From an uncultured Nitrosopumilales archaeon (GTDB taxonomy: Archaea > Thermoproteota > Nitrososphaeria > Nitrososphaerales > Gagatemarchaeaceae): 59,120 nt of DNA. Position 1 is the first letter of the stretch. Every line of letters begins with the position of its first letter. Of this stretch, positions 27,357-35,081 are shown piece after piece. The notes under the pieces are model-generated. The model was not told the DNA's origin, searched no databases, and was given only the letters and a program-made list of their open reading frames with translations. Location of the stretch: positions 1 to 59,120 of the forward strand of contig CAZHNH010000112.1 in NCBI GenBank assembly GCA_964533695.1, in the 5' to 3' direction. Both the position numbers and the translations under genes were made by a program.

Positions 27357-28283
27357 ATGGAGTTCACCGTCGCGACCGAGTCACCATTCAACCTTGATTA
27401 CACTCTCGAAAGCGGACAAACCTTCAGATGGCAGAACAAAGGGGAGTGGTGGTACGGCACTGTCTCGGGAGGGGTCCTCAAGATTCGGCAGGAAGGCGAA
27501 GTCCTGAGATGTGTATCAAGCTCGGACCTGCTAGACAGTGCCTTCGTTAGGAGCTACTTTCGGTTGGACGTGGAGTTAGAAAAGGTGTTGTCCTCGATGA
27601 TGAAAGACGATACGATTAATCTCGCACTCCAAACCTTCTATGGTCTTCGTCTTATCAGGCAAGATCGGTGGGAGTGTCTCGCTTCGTTCGTCTTGGCCAC
27701 AAACTCAAACATACCGCGTATCAAGAAGATGGTCCAAGCTGTTTGCGCAAAGTTTGGTGAGCCTTTCGTCTTCGAAGGTGCCGAGTATAGAGCCTTTCCA
27801 ACGCCGGAAGTGCTTTCCGACGCGCTACTATCCGATTTGGCGGCGTGCGGCCTCGGATACAGAACGTCCTTTCTGCAAAGGGTGGCTGCCTGTGTGGATG
27901 CGGGGACGGTCGACTTTGGAGAGCTCCCGCTGCTCGGGTACCAAGAGGCCAGGGACTTGCTGATAAGGCAGTTTCAGGGCGGGAAGTTGCTTCCGGGAGT
28001 CGGCCCTAAGGTTGCGGACTGCGTCCTCCTCTATTCGTTCGACATGGATGAGGCATTTCCGATAGACGTATGGATTGCTCGACAGATTGCTCTATCTTAT
28101 CCAAGTCTGATCGATGAGCGAATCAGAGCGAAGTTATCCTCCCATCGGAAGGTGAATCTCAGCAAAGGAGATTACTACAAGATTTCCTCGAGTGCTAGGG
28201 CGTATTTTGGGCAATATGCTGGGTATGCTCAGCAATATTTGTTCATGATGGCGCGCTCGGCCAAGCAGAAGGTTGAATCATAG
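27357..28283 (+). CDS. ogg: 8-oxoguanine DNA glycosylase / N-glycosylase-lyase (HhH-GPD, Ogg type)
   Basis: NLDYTLESGQTFRW and LLPGVGPKVADCVLLY...FPIDVWI motifs. I use the ATG at 27357; the longer ORF from 27183 overlaps the divergent aminotransferase. Confidence 0.8.
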   Translation: MEFTVATESPFNLDYTLESGQTFRWQNKGEWWYGTVSGGVLKIRQEGEVLRCVSSSDLLDSAFVRSYFRLDVELEKVLSSMMKDDTINLALQTFYGLRLIRQDRWECLASFVLATNSNIPRIKKMVQAVCAKFGEPFVFEGAEYRAFPTPEVLSDALLSDLAACGLGYRTSFLQRVAACVDAGTVDFGELPLLGYQEARDLLIRQFQGGKLLPGVGPKVADCVLLYSFDMDEAFPIDVWIARQIALSYPSLIDERIRAKLSSHRKVNLSKGDYYKISSSARAYFGQYAGYAQQYLFMMARSAKQKVES

Positions 28284-28330
28284 ACAGACAACTCATATTG
28301 TTCGTCTCTGGAGGAGGCTCCTTCAAAGAT

Positions 28331-28852
28331 CTACGCTACCTGGGGCTTCCTGGTCCGCAACCCCCAGGCCAGAGCAAGAGCCCCTGCTCCTGTAATCAAG
28401 ATGCCTGCGGCCCCGTACCAGACGTTCTTGTAAATCAGATAGGCAGGAACTAAGAGGGCATCGACTCCTACAATGGTCAGTACGATGCCTAATGCGAACA
28501 TGTTCACACTCAGGATTTGTATCGGGGAAACCACACTGGTGCTTGGCTGGTTCACTGACGGCACTGTCGAGGGTGCTTGTCTTCGAATTGATGGGAGCCC
28601 TCCTTTCATTAGACCCATTGGAAAGAATATCAACCCTAATGCGAGAAAAATACTCGACGTCCCTTGCGCGGCCGTAGGCTCAGGTGTCGGAATAATGCAG
28701 TTGCATGGGGCTCCTGATGGCGGGACCGTCCCGCTAAAGAGAATTATTCCAGTGATGCCTATTAGCATGAAAACGAGAGATAACGCAAGAAACTCCGAAT
28801 CCAATATTGGCAGTTTCAGCGAGGGCTCACGGTTCTTAAGGATTTCGAGCAT
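28331..28852 (-). CDS. hypothetical integral membrane protein (about 4 TM)
   Basis: 173 aa with hydrophobic segments separated by a Pro/Ser/Thr-rich loop. I recognise no family. Confidence 0.5.
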   Translation of the reverse strand: MLEILKNREPSLKLPILDSEFLALSLVFMLIGITGIILFSGTVPPSGAPCNCIIPTPEPTAAQGTSSIFLALGLIFFPMGLMKGGLPSIRRQAPSTVPSVNQPSTSVVSPIQILSVNMFALGIVLTIVGVDALLVPAYLIYKNVWYGAAGILITGAGALALAWGLRTRKPQVA

Positions 28853-28885
28853 TGAAGTGGTTTCAACCTTTGCGGGTTTCGATCC

Positions 28886-29134
28886 TTACCTAGGAGACCA
28901 TCTGAATTCATGCAAATGAACTCTGGCCGCTGGTGTTGACCGCCTCAAGATGAATCCAGCCGCAACCACGCCAATCACGACCGACGCGATACCAACCATG
29001 TTGACAATCCCGATTGAACTTCCAACTTCTTTGCTATGTGCGCTCAAGAGATAGAACAGTGAATAGGCGACGACCACCACTACGGCGAATGTGACAGGAA
29101 TCCACAGCTTCACAATGCGCTCACCTCGTTGCAT
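28886..29134 (-). CDS. hypothetical small membrane protein (2 TM)
   Basis: 82 aa with two hydrophobic helices, co-directional with the previous gene. Confidence 0.45.
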   Translation of the reverse strand: MQRGERIVKLWIPVTFAVVVVVAYSLFYLLSAHSKEVGSSIGIVNMVGIASVVIGVVAAGFILRRSTPAARVHLHEFRWSPR

Positions 29135-29313
29135 ATGATTGGACGACTGCGCAAGATAGGCCGCTTGTCATGTCGCATCTTAAAGGAATTGCGAACTACA
29201 CGGCTCACGTTTGTAGTCTGGGAAAAGAGTTGCGGGCAGCCCTTCAGTTGTGTTATGCAAGAGCGGTGACACCTTGGCATCTGTTTCATTAGGGTTCTTC
29301 AGAATTACAGACG

Positions 29314-29450
29314 TCCCGCAGGTCGGATTTGAGCCGACGACACTCCGGTAACTGTGGCCTGAGTAGGCTGGACGGGTCAGCCTTTAGCCGACCACTACAG
29401 CCGGAAGCTTTTGGCACCTTTGCAGGTCTACCAGGCTGAGCTACTGCGGG
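29314..29450 (-). tRNA. tRNA-Tyr (anticodon GUA) with two introns, no encoded CCA
   Basis: The minus strand reads, in order:
- acceptor CCCGCAG
- TA
- D arm GCTC AGCCTGGTA GA
- an 18-nt insert
- GC T
- anticodon arm TCCGG CTGTAG
- a 45-nt intron
- A CCGGA GTGTC
- T arm GTCGG CTCAAAT CCGAC
- acceptor CTGCGGG plus A73

The spliced length is 74 nt. The C1:G72 pair and G37 fit archaeal tRNA-Tyr. The 37/38 intron forms a clean helix-bulge-helix-bulge-helix. Confidence 0.85.
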
Positions 29451-29470
29451 ACGGGCGACTGACCCCTGAA

Positions 29471-29480
29471 GATATCTTAA
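29471..29480 (-). promoter_or_regulatory. TATA-box candidate for tRNA-Tyr (TTAAGATATC on minus strand)
   Basis: Lies 21-30 nt upstream of tRNA position 1. Confidence 0.35.
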
Positions 29481-29519
29481 GCGTTCCGTACTAGAGAAAA
29501 AACCAAAATACATGCATCG

Positions 29520-30416
29520 ATGTCGCCCACGGATGCCCGGTGGGTGTCGGTTACGAGCTTATCAGACTATGTCGCGCTTACCAAACCCAAGATAATCCCG
29601 CTCCTTATTATGGTTGCGTTCGGTTCTGCAATCATAGCCGCGAGGGGATTTCCTCCACCTCTGACCTTATCGGGGTTGGTGGTCGCCGGGGCCGTGGCCT
29701 CTGCAGGCGCCTTGGCCCTCAACAGTTACTTGGAAATAGACGTGGACTCCAAGATGAGAAGAACGATGTCCAGGCCCCTCCCATCCCAGAGGATACTCCC
29801 AGCTTCACATGCCCTCATGCTGGGACTTGCTTTGCTTGGCATGGGGATAGTCATTGCCGCGGCGACCCTGGACCTGCTTGCCACGTTCTTTATCGCTCTC
29901 GGCGCACTCGTCTATGTCCCAATCTACACTATTTGGCTCAAGCCAAGGACAAGCTGGAACATTGTCTTGGGAGGATTCGCGGGGTCATGTGCGGCTTTGG
30001 CGGGCTGGTATGCTGTTACGGGACAGGAGTTCGCGATCGCATGGACACTGGCAGCTTTGGTATTTGTCTGGACGCCTAGTCACTTTTGGAGCCTCGCTGT
30101 AATAACCGAGCAGGACTACTCCGCGGCCGGAATTCCGATGCTTCCCTCAAAAGTCGGGTCGGCCGCAGCATCTAAATACATCGTCGCCAACACACTTCTG
30201 CTCATCCCCGTCAGCCTATTGTTTTCCGTCTACCTTGCAGGGGAAGGTTTCTGGGTCTATCTTCTACTTGCAATCGTGTTCGACGGCTTCCTGCTGGCGA
30301 CAAACCTGAAACTTCTGAAATCTCCTACAAAGGCGAATGCCTGGCTTGCATTTAAGTTCTCGAGCCCTTATCTAGCGGTGATTTTCCTTATCGCGATGAT
30401 CGCCGCTGTCTTGTGA
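29520..30416 (+). CDS. ctaB: protoheme IX farnesyltransferase (heme O synthase, UbiA family)
   Basis: 298 aa, polytopic. Motifs LTKPKIIPLL and LNSYLEIDVDSKMRRTMSRPLPS (Asp-rich prenyltransferase motif). Confidence 0.85.
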   Translation: MSPTDARWVSVTSLSDYVALTKPKIIPLLIMVAFGSAIIAARGFPPPLTLSGLVVAGAVASAGALALNSYLEIDVDSKMRRTMSRPLPSQRILPASHALMLGLALLGMGIVIAAATLDLLATFFIALGALVYVPIYTIWLKPRTSWNIVLGGFAGSCAALAGWYAVTGQEFAIAWTLAALVFVWTPSHFWSLAVITEQDYSAAGIPMLPSKVGSAAASKYIVANTLLLIPVSLLFSVYLAGEGFWVYLLLAIVFDGFLLATNLKLLKSPTKANAWLAFKFSSPYLAVIFLIAMIAAVL

Positions 30417-30475
30417 TTTCCCAACTGCATTCCGAAGGCAAGCCTTTTCTGAAGTGAGACGAGGACGAGTCAGAG

Positions 30476-31741
30476 ATGGCGGATAGCTGTTACGTCGTCC
30501 ATTATTCTGAAGTAGCGTTGAAGGGAAAGAACAGGCCGGAATTTGTCAAGATCCTCCGACACAACCTTTCCAGGTCGCTTTACCCTTTCCATAATAAGAT
30601 CGAGTCGAGGGATGGAAGACTCATCGTCCGCGTTGAGGGCGACCCTGCTAGCGTCGGGCCAAGGATTTCAAATGTCTTTGGCGTCGCATGGTTTGCGAGG
30701 GCAGACATAGTTGACCCCGATTACTCCGCGATTGAAGACAAAACCTTGAGAGCTGCGCGCGAATCGGAAGCGCCAACATTCATGATTGATGCAAGGCGTG
30801 CAGACAAGACGTTCCCCTTGGGATCCATGGAAATCGCCAGGCGTCTCGGTTCAGCGGTGGTCGTGTCTACAGGAAAACGCGTCGACCTTTCGCGGCCCGG
30901 CCTGAAAATACACGTTGACATAATACGCAAGCACGCCCTTGTCTACGGGGTCAGGAACCTGGGCCCAGGAGGACTCCCAGTCGGGACCTCGGGGAGGTCA
31001 ATGCACCTCTTCTCAGCGGGGATTGACTCGCCCGTGGCAGCTTGGCTTTTGATGAAGCGAGGAGTTCGTCCCGTATTCCTGCATTTCTACCTCGCCCCAA
31101 CTCCTGCGGCCGTAATGAAGAGCAAAGTGATACACCTGGTCAGGATTCTCTCGGCCTGGGGAGGGAAGAGCACTTTGGTCCTCGTCCCGTTCGCAGAGTA
31201 CCAGCTTGCTACCGTTGACGTCCCAGAGGCGCTCGAACCTTCGCTCTTCAGGAGGTTCATGCGGATGGTGGCAGAGCGGCTAGCGGCTGGCTTCAACGCG
31301 TACGCCGTTTCGACAGGGGACTCATTGTCCCAGGCTGCTTCTCAGACCATGTGGAACATTGCGGCCATCGACAGCGGGTCGTCTGTCCCGATCTTGAGAC
31401 CTCTGCTCACCTACGACAAGGAGGAGATAGTCAACCTCGCCAAGAAGATTGGAACGTATGAAATCTCCCTTCAAGAGTACAAAGATTGCTGCGCTGTGGT
31501 AACCAGGCACCCGAAGACGAGGGCGCGGGCTTCCGAGATTTCGGAGTATGTCGAGAGACGCGACTTCGCTGGGTTGGCTATCAAGTCATTGAAGTCGGCT
31601 AGCCTCGTAACATACAACCCGATACATGACCAGTTGAAGGCGATTCAGTTGACTGGGGCGATTGCCCTCTTCAACCAGATCGAATCTGTGAGAGTGCGTA
31701 TGGAGGGCCTGCTGAGTCACCCTGAGAACGGCCAAACCTAG
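30476..31741 (+). CDS. thiI: tRNA 4-thiouridine synthase ThiI (THUMP + PP-loop ATPase)
   Basis: 421 aa with YSEVALKGKNR (N-terminal ferredoxin-like/THUMP region) and the PP-loop FSAGIDSPVAAW. Confidence 0.85.
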   Translation: MADSCYVVHYSEVALKGKNRPEFVKILRHNLSRSLYPFHNKIESRDGRLIVRVEGDPASVGPRISNVFGVAWFARADIVDPDYSAIEDKTLRAARESEAPTFMIDARRADKTFPLGSMEIARRLGSAVVVSTGKRVDLSRPGLKIHVDIIRKHALVYGVRNLGPGGLPVGTSGRSMHLFSAGIDSPVAAWLLMKRGVRPVFLHFYLAPTPAAVMKSKVIHLVRILSAWGGKSTLVLVPFAEYQLATVDVPEALEPSLFRRFMRMVAERLAAGFNAYAVSTGDSLSQAASQTMWNIAAIDSGSSVPILRPLLTYDKEEIVNLAKKIGTYEISLQEYKDCCAVVTRHPKTRARASEISEYVERRDFAGLAIKSLKSASLVTYNPIHDQLKAIQLTGAIALFNQIESVRVRMEGLLSHPENGQT

Positions 31742-31756
31742 GATTCGTGCCAGGCA

Positions 31757-31765
31757 AAATTATAA
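31757..31765 (+). promoter_or_regulatory. TATA-box candidate (AAATTATAA) upstream of thioredoxin
   Basis: Ends 33 nt upstream of the ATG at 31799. Confidence 0.35.
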
Positions 31766-31798
31766 GCAAGGACGAGGCAGACTCCCGTCAGAATTAGA

Positions 31799-32134
31799 AT
31801 GAGTCAGAAAGTGCTTCATGTCGACGGCAGCAAATTTCAGGAGGAAGTCGTGCGCTCTAGCCAGCCTGTCCTCGTTGACTTTTATGCAGACTGGTGCGGA
31901 CCGTGCAAAGCAATAGCGCCGATAATTGACCAACTCTCTAAGGAGTATGATGGAAGGGTAAAGTTCGTAAAGGTCGACACTGACATGAACCAGGATTTGG
32001 CGCTGCAGTTTGGGATCATGAGCATCCCTACCGTGATGTTTTTCTCGAAGGGCAAAGTCGAGGACATCGTCGTCGGGGCAGTCCCCACTGCTGTTTTAAA
32101 GACCAAACTTGATTCACTGGTCAAGACGGCCTAG
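31799..32134 (+). CDS. trx: thioredoxin
   Basis: 111 aa with active site WCGPCK. Confidence 0.9.
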   Translation: MSQKVLHVDGSKFQEEVVRSSQPVLVDFYADWCGPCKAIAPIIDQLSKEYDGRVKFVKVDTDMNQDLALQFGIMSIPTVMFFSKGKVEDIVVGAVPTAVLKTKLDSLVKTA

Positions 32135-32170
32135 AACAGTTAAAGACGGGAACCACACAACGCACCGCCA

Positions 32171-32638
32171 ATGCGGATAAGGATGATACTCCTCATTGCA
32201 ACTGTAATCACGCTCTTCGCCCTTCTTACTGTAGGGGCTTATGTGACAGTCGCAGGAGACGGCGACGCCTGCGGAAGCAGTGTCCCGAACGATTACCCAC
32301 TGTGCCAGGGCCACTTTTTGCCTCCACCCATCTTAGGCGCGATTGCCGAGTATTCCCATCGGGTGCTCGCTTCGCTGTCTTCTCTCTTCCTTATCATAAC
32401 CGCATTTCTTTTCTGGAGATCGAAGGATCCCCCGGTGGCTGCTAAGCAGTCTCTTTACGTCGCTTCTCTGCTGATTATTGCGGAAATAATACTCGGTGCC
32501 GCAGTCGTGGCTACGATTGAACCTCCGTGGCTAGTGACTATCCACCAGGCTAATGCCCTGCTCGTGTTCGGCTTCGCGGTTGCAGCGCTGGCGTCAGATC
32601 GTCGAGGGCTCCGAACGGTTTTATCGAGTCCGAACTGA
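32171..32638 (+). CDS. ctaA: short (about 4-TM) heme A synthase-like protein (CtaA/COX15 half-size form)
   Basis: 155 aa. A Cys pair in the first external loop (GDGDACGSSVPNDYPLCQG) and His-containing helices (EYSHRVLAS, TIHQANAL). Confidence 0.65.
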   Translation: MRIRMILLIATVITLFALLTVGAYVTVAGDGDACGSSVPNDYPLCQGHFLPPPILGAIAEYSHRVLASLSSLFLIITAFLFWRSKDPPVAAKQSLYVASLLIIAEIILGAAVVATIEPPWLVTIHQANALLVFGFAVAALASDRRGLRTVLSSPN

Positions 32639-32652
32639 AGGGAATCGAAAGC

Positions 32653-33741
32653 TTGGACTTGGAGAAAAGGCTGGAGCTTGTTAGGGGTGTGGGTGAGGAG
32701 ATCATCACGGAGACAGAACTCAAGACACTGCTTGAGACAAACGATCATCCGACTGCATACGACGGTTTCGAGCCCAGTGGGCTTGCCCCTCTGCATTTTG
32801 GCGTGCTGAGACCAATCCTGATCTCGGACCTTCAGGCGGCCGGCGTCAAGATGAAGCTCTGGTTGGCAGACTGGTTTGCGTGGGTCAACAACAAGATGGG
32901 AAGAGACCTTGCAAAGATTCAGTCGGTAGGGAAATACTTCGTGGAGGTTTGGAAGGCTGCGGGGGTCGACACAGAAGAGGTTGAGATTCTCTGGACGAGT
33001 GAGGCAGTAGGAGACGAAGATTACTGGAAGAAGGTCATCCTCGTAGCGCAGAACTCTAACCTCGCAAGAACCCAAAGGGCGATTACGATAATGGGGAGGA
33101 CCTCGAAGGAACTTGTTCAGACGGCGCAACTGTTCTATCCCATGATGCAGGTCGCGGATATATTCTGGCTCGATGTGGACATCTGTCAGCTTGGACTTGA
33201 CCAGAGACGTGCCAACGTGTTGGCTCGCGAAATTGCTGTAAAGATGAAGTGGAAGAAGCCAGTCGCAGTGCACCACCACATGCTCATCGGTCTTCAGGGG
33301 AGCAAACAGCCTGAGGGCTTCGACGAAAACCGGTCGATGGACGTCGCAATTGCCAGCAAAATGAGTAAGAGCAAACCAGACTCTGCAATTTTTGTCCACG
33401 ACAGCCGCGATGAAATTGCTAGGAAGCTGAATTCCGCATACTGCCCCCCTAAGGTCGTGGAAGGGAATGCACCCTTCGAATACTCGAAGTACATAGTCTT
33501 TCGAAAACTGAAATCTATGAGGATAGAACGCCCAGAAAAGTACGGGGGGACAGTTGAGTACGCTTCGTCACAGGAACTTGAGGCGGCCTACGTAAAGGGT
33601 CTACTTCACCCGGCGGATCTAAAGAGGGGTGTCGCCGAATCTCTTGACGAAATAATCTCGCCAATAAGAAGGCACTTCGAGACGGATCCCTCTGCCAGGA
33701 GGCTATACGATTCTGTCAGAACGTCAGAGAAAAACGGGTAA
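32653..33741 (+). CDS. tyrS: tyrosyl-tRNA synthetase (archaeal type)
   Basis: 362 aa with a TTG start. YDGFEPSGLAPLHFG (HIGH region) and KMSKSKPDSAIFV (KMSKS). Confidence 0.85.
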   Translation: MDLEKRLELVRGVGEEIITETELKTLLETNDHPTAYDGFEPSGLAPLHFGVLRPILISDLQAAGVKMKLWLADWFAWVNNKMGRDLAKIQSVGKYFVEVWKAAGVDTEEVEILWTSEAVGDEDYWKKVILVAQNSNLARTQRAITIMGRTSKELVQTAQLFYPMMQVADIFWLDVDICQLGLDQRRANVLAREIAVKMKWKKPVAVHHHMLIGLQGSKQPEGFDENRSMDVAIASKMSKSKPDSAIFVHDSRDEIARKLNSAYCPPKVVEGNAPFEYSKYIVFRKLKSMRIERPEKYGGTVEYASSQELEAAYVKGLLHPADLKRGVAESLDEIISPIRRHFETDPSARRLYDSVRTSEKNG

Positions 33742-33793
33742 TGGTAGCGGCCTGTTCATCACCGATCGAGGGAGCAGGCTTGTTGCCGACGCC

Positions 33794-34240
33794 ATGCTCG
33801 GATCCTTGGCTAGGAAGCTGCGCGCTGCTGGGTTCGACACCATCTATTACCGCTTAGGTGACGACAGGGGAATATTGAAGATTTGTTCTGACGAAAAGCG
33901 AGTACTTGTCACAGCGGATAGACAGCTGGTTGCCACGGCCGTCGCAAGGGGGCTGACCGCGCTCTTGGTGAGGGGAGAGGATGACCGTGGCCGCGCAACC
34001 TCGATTGCAGCAGCCGCAAGAGCGGTCCATTTCCACCTGATCAAGGGGCCTCCACGATGCTCTCTTTGTAATAGCGTACTGGCAACAATCCGCATGACCG
34101 AAACTAAGGGTATGGTCCCGGCATCGGTTGCCAAGAAGCACCGCAACTTCCTCCGGTGCACTGGCTGCGCTCAGGTGTATTGGAAAGGTAGCCACTGGAA
34201 AGAGTTAAGGTCGATCGGCTGTCGCCTGGATGGCACATAA
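33794..34240 (+). CDS. Mut7-C/DUF82 PIN-like RNase domain protein with C-terminal Zn ribbon
   Basis: MLGSLARKLRAAGFDTIY...VLVTADRQL, then CSLCN...CTGC. The same frame is open upstream (RLVADA), so the true start is uncertain. Confidence 0.75.
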   Translation: MLGSLARKLRAAGFDTIYYRLGDDRGILKICSDEKRVLVTADRQLVATAVARGLTALLVRGEDDRGRATSIAAAARAVHFHLIKGPPRCSLCNSVLATIRMTETKGMVPASVAKKHRNFLRCTGCAQVYWKGSHWKELRSIGCRLDGT

Positions 34241-34243
34241 ACT

Positions 34244-34879
34244 ATGCCGATTACTGAGGCCGAGGGCAGGAGAGCAGTGGAGCTTGCGAGGGAGACGCTC
34301 GAGATTTTCGTGATTGGAAACCAATCTACGCAAATGACCGAGGATGCAGGAATTCTTGCTGAGGCAAGGGGAGTATTCGTGACCCTAAAGGTTGTGGGTG
34401 GGGGGTCTGAAAAACTGAGGGGATGCATCGGGTTCCCATATCCGATCAAGAGAGTTTCCGACGCGATAAGGGACGCGACGGTCATGGCGGCTTCTGAAGA
34501 TCCTCGTTTCCCCCCGGTCACGCGTGAGGAGTTAGGTTCAATCTTAGTGGAAGTCAGCATCCTATCCCTGCCAAAGGTCATTGCGGCAAAGCACCCGATT
34601 GAAAGATCCGCTGCAGTCATTGTAGGTGAAGACGGTCTGATAGTTTCGAGACCGCCCTTGAGTGGTCTCTTGCTTCCGCAGGTCGCGACCGAACAGGGGC
34701 TTGACAGCACGTCCTTCCTCGAGGAGGCCTGTATGAAGGCGGGCCTCAGTCCTGACGCGTGGCTTGATGAATCGACGGAGGTCCAGTCTTTCAAAGCTGA
34801 TGTGTTCACCGAGACGCACCCAAGGGGGGACGCAGTGCGGGTCGAACTGTCGCGCACTTCCAGTCATGCATCGGACTAG
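34244..34879 (+). CDS. AMMECR1 domain protein (AmmeMemoRadiSam system protein A type)
   Basis: 211 aa with GVFVTL and LRGCIGFPYP motifs. Confidence 0.9.
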   Translation: MPITEAEGRRAVELARETLEIFVIGNQSTQMTEDAGILAEARGVFVTLKVVGGGSEKLRGCIGFPYPIKRVSDAIRDATVMAASEDPRFPPVTREELGSILVEVSILSLPKVIAAKHPIERSAAVIVGEDGLIVSRPPLSGLLLPQVATEQGLDSTSFLEEACMKAGLSPDAWLDESTEVQSFKADVFTETHPRGDAVRVELSRTSSHASD

Positions 34880-34932
34880 ACCGATGAGGTCGTCGTTTGA
34901 ACCGCCTCTTCCCTATCATCGGGCCAAAAGAC

Positions 34933-34968
34933 TGGAAGCAGACGCGAGGGTTCGAACCTCAGTCCGCC
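34933..34968 (-). other. orphan tRNA-like acceptor/T-arm element (no D or anticodon arm found)
   Basis: The minus strand reads GGCGGAC TGAGG TTCGAAC CCTCG C GTCTGCT T CCA. This gives a canonical T loop on a 5-bp stem. GGCGGAC pairs with GTCTGCT (two G-U pairs), followed by U and CCA. I found no matching 5' tRNA half within 150 nt on either strand. Confidence 0.3.
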
Positions 34969-35081
34969 GAGAAGCAATATCTATCGCTGGGACATCGGAA
35001 GACCAAGGCGGAACGCCCGAGATTGGCTAGAAGACGCCCCGGCCAGGGCCATATCAATAAGAAGCACAGTGCGGACGCCCT

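Noticed and set aside
29289-29513. 74-aa minus-strand ORF
   Set aside because: It coincides with the intron-containing tRNA-Tyr gene and its promoter, so it is not coding.
32455-33399. 314-aa ORF on the minus strand
   Set aside because: It is entirely antisense to the well-supported TyrRS gene (HIGH/KMSKS motifs). Its composition is Arg/Leu/Pro/Cys-rich and it has no recognisable motif. This is a typical shadow ORF in GC-rich coding DNA.
34171-34857. 228-aa ORF on the minus strand
   Set aside because: Antisense to AMMECR1 (which has the GCIG motif) and to the end of the Mut7-C gene. It has no motifs.
612-34879. A three-part AmmeMemoRadiSam system (MEMO at 612-1469, AMMECR1 at 34244-34879)
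   Set aside because: The two genes are 33 kb apart and no radical-SAM partner is present in the window, so there is no evidence here for an operonic system.
34881-35081. A complete (intron-containing, split or permuted) tRNA gene in this spacer
   Set aside because: Only the T arm and the acceptor 3' strand are recognisable. No 5' acceptor strand complementary to CGTCTGC (allowing G-U pairs), no D arm and no plausible anticodon arm with U33 could be placed on either strand. I report it as an orphan tRNA-like element instead.
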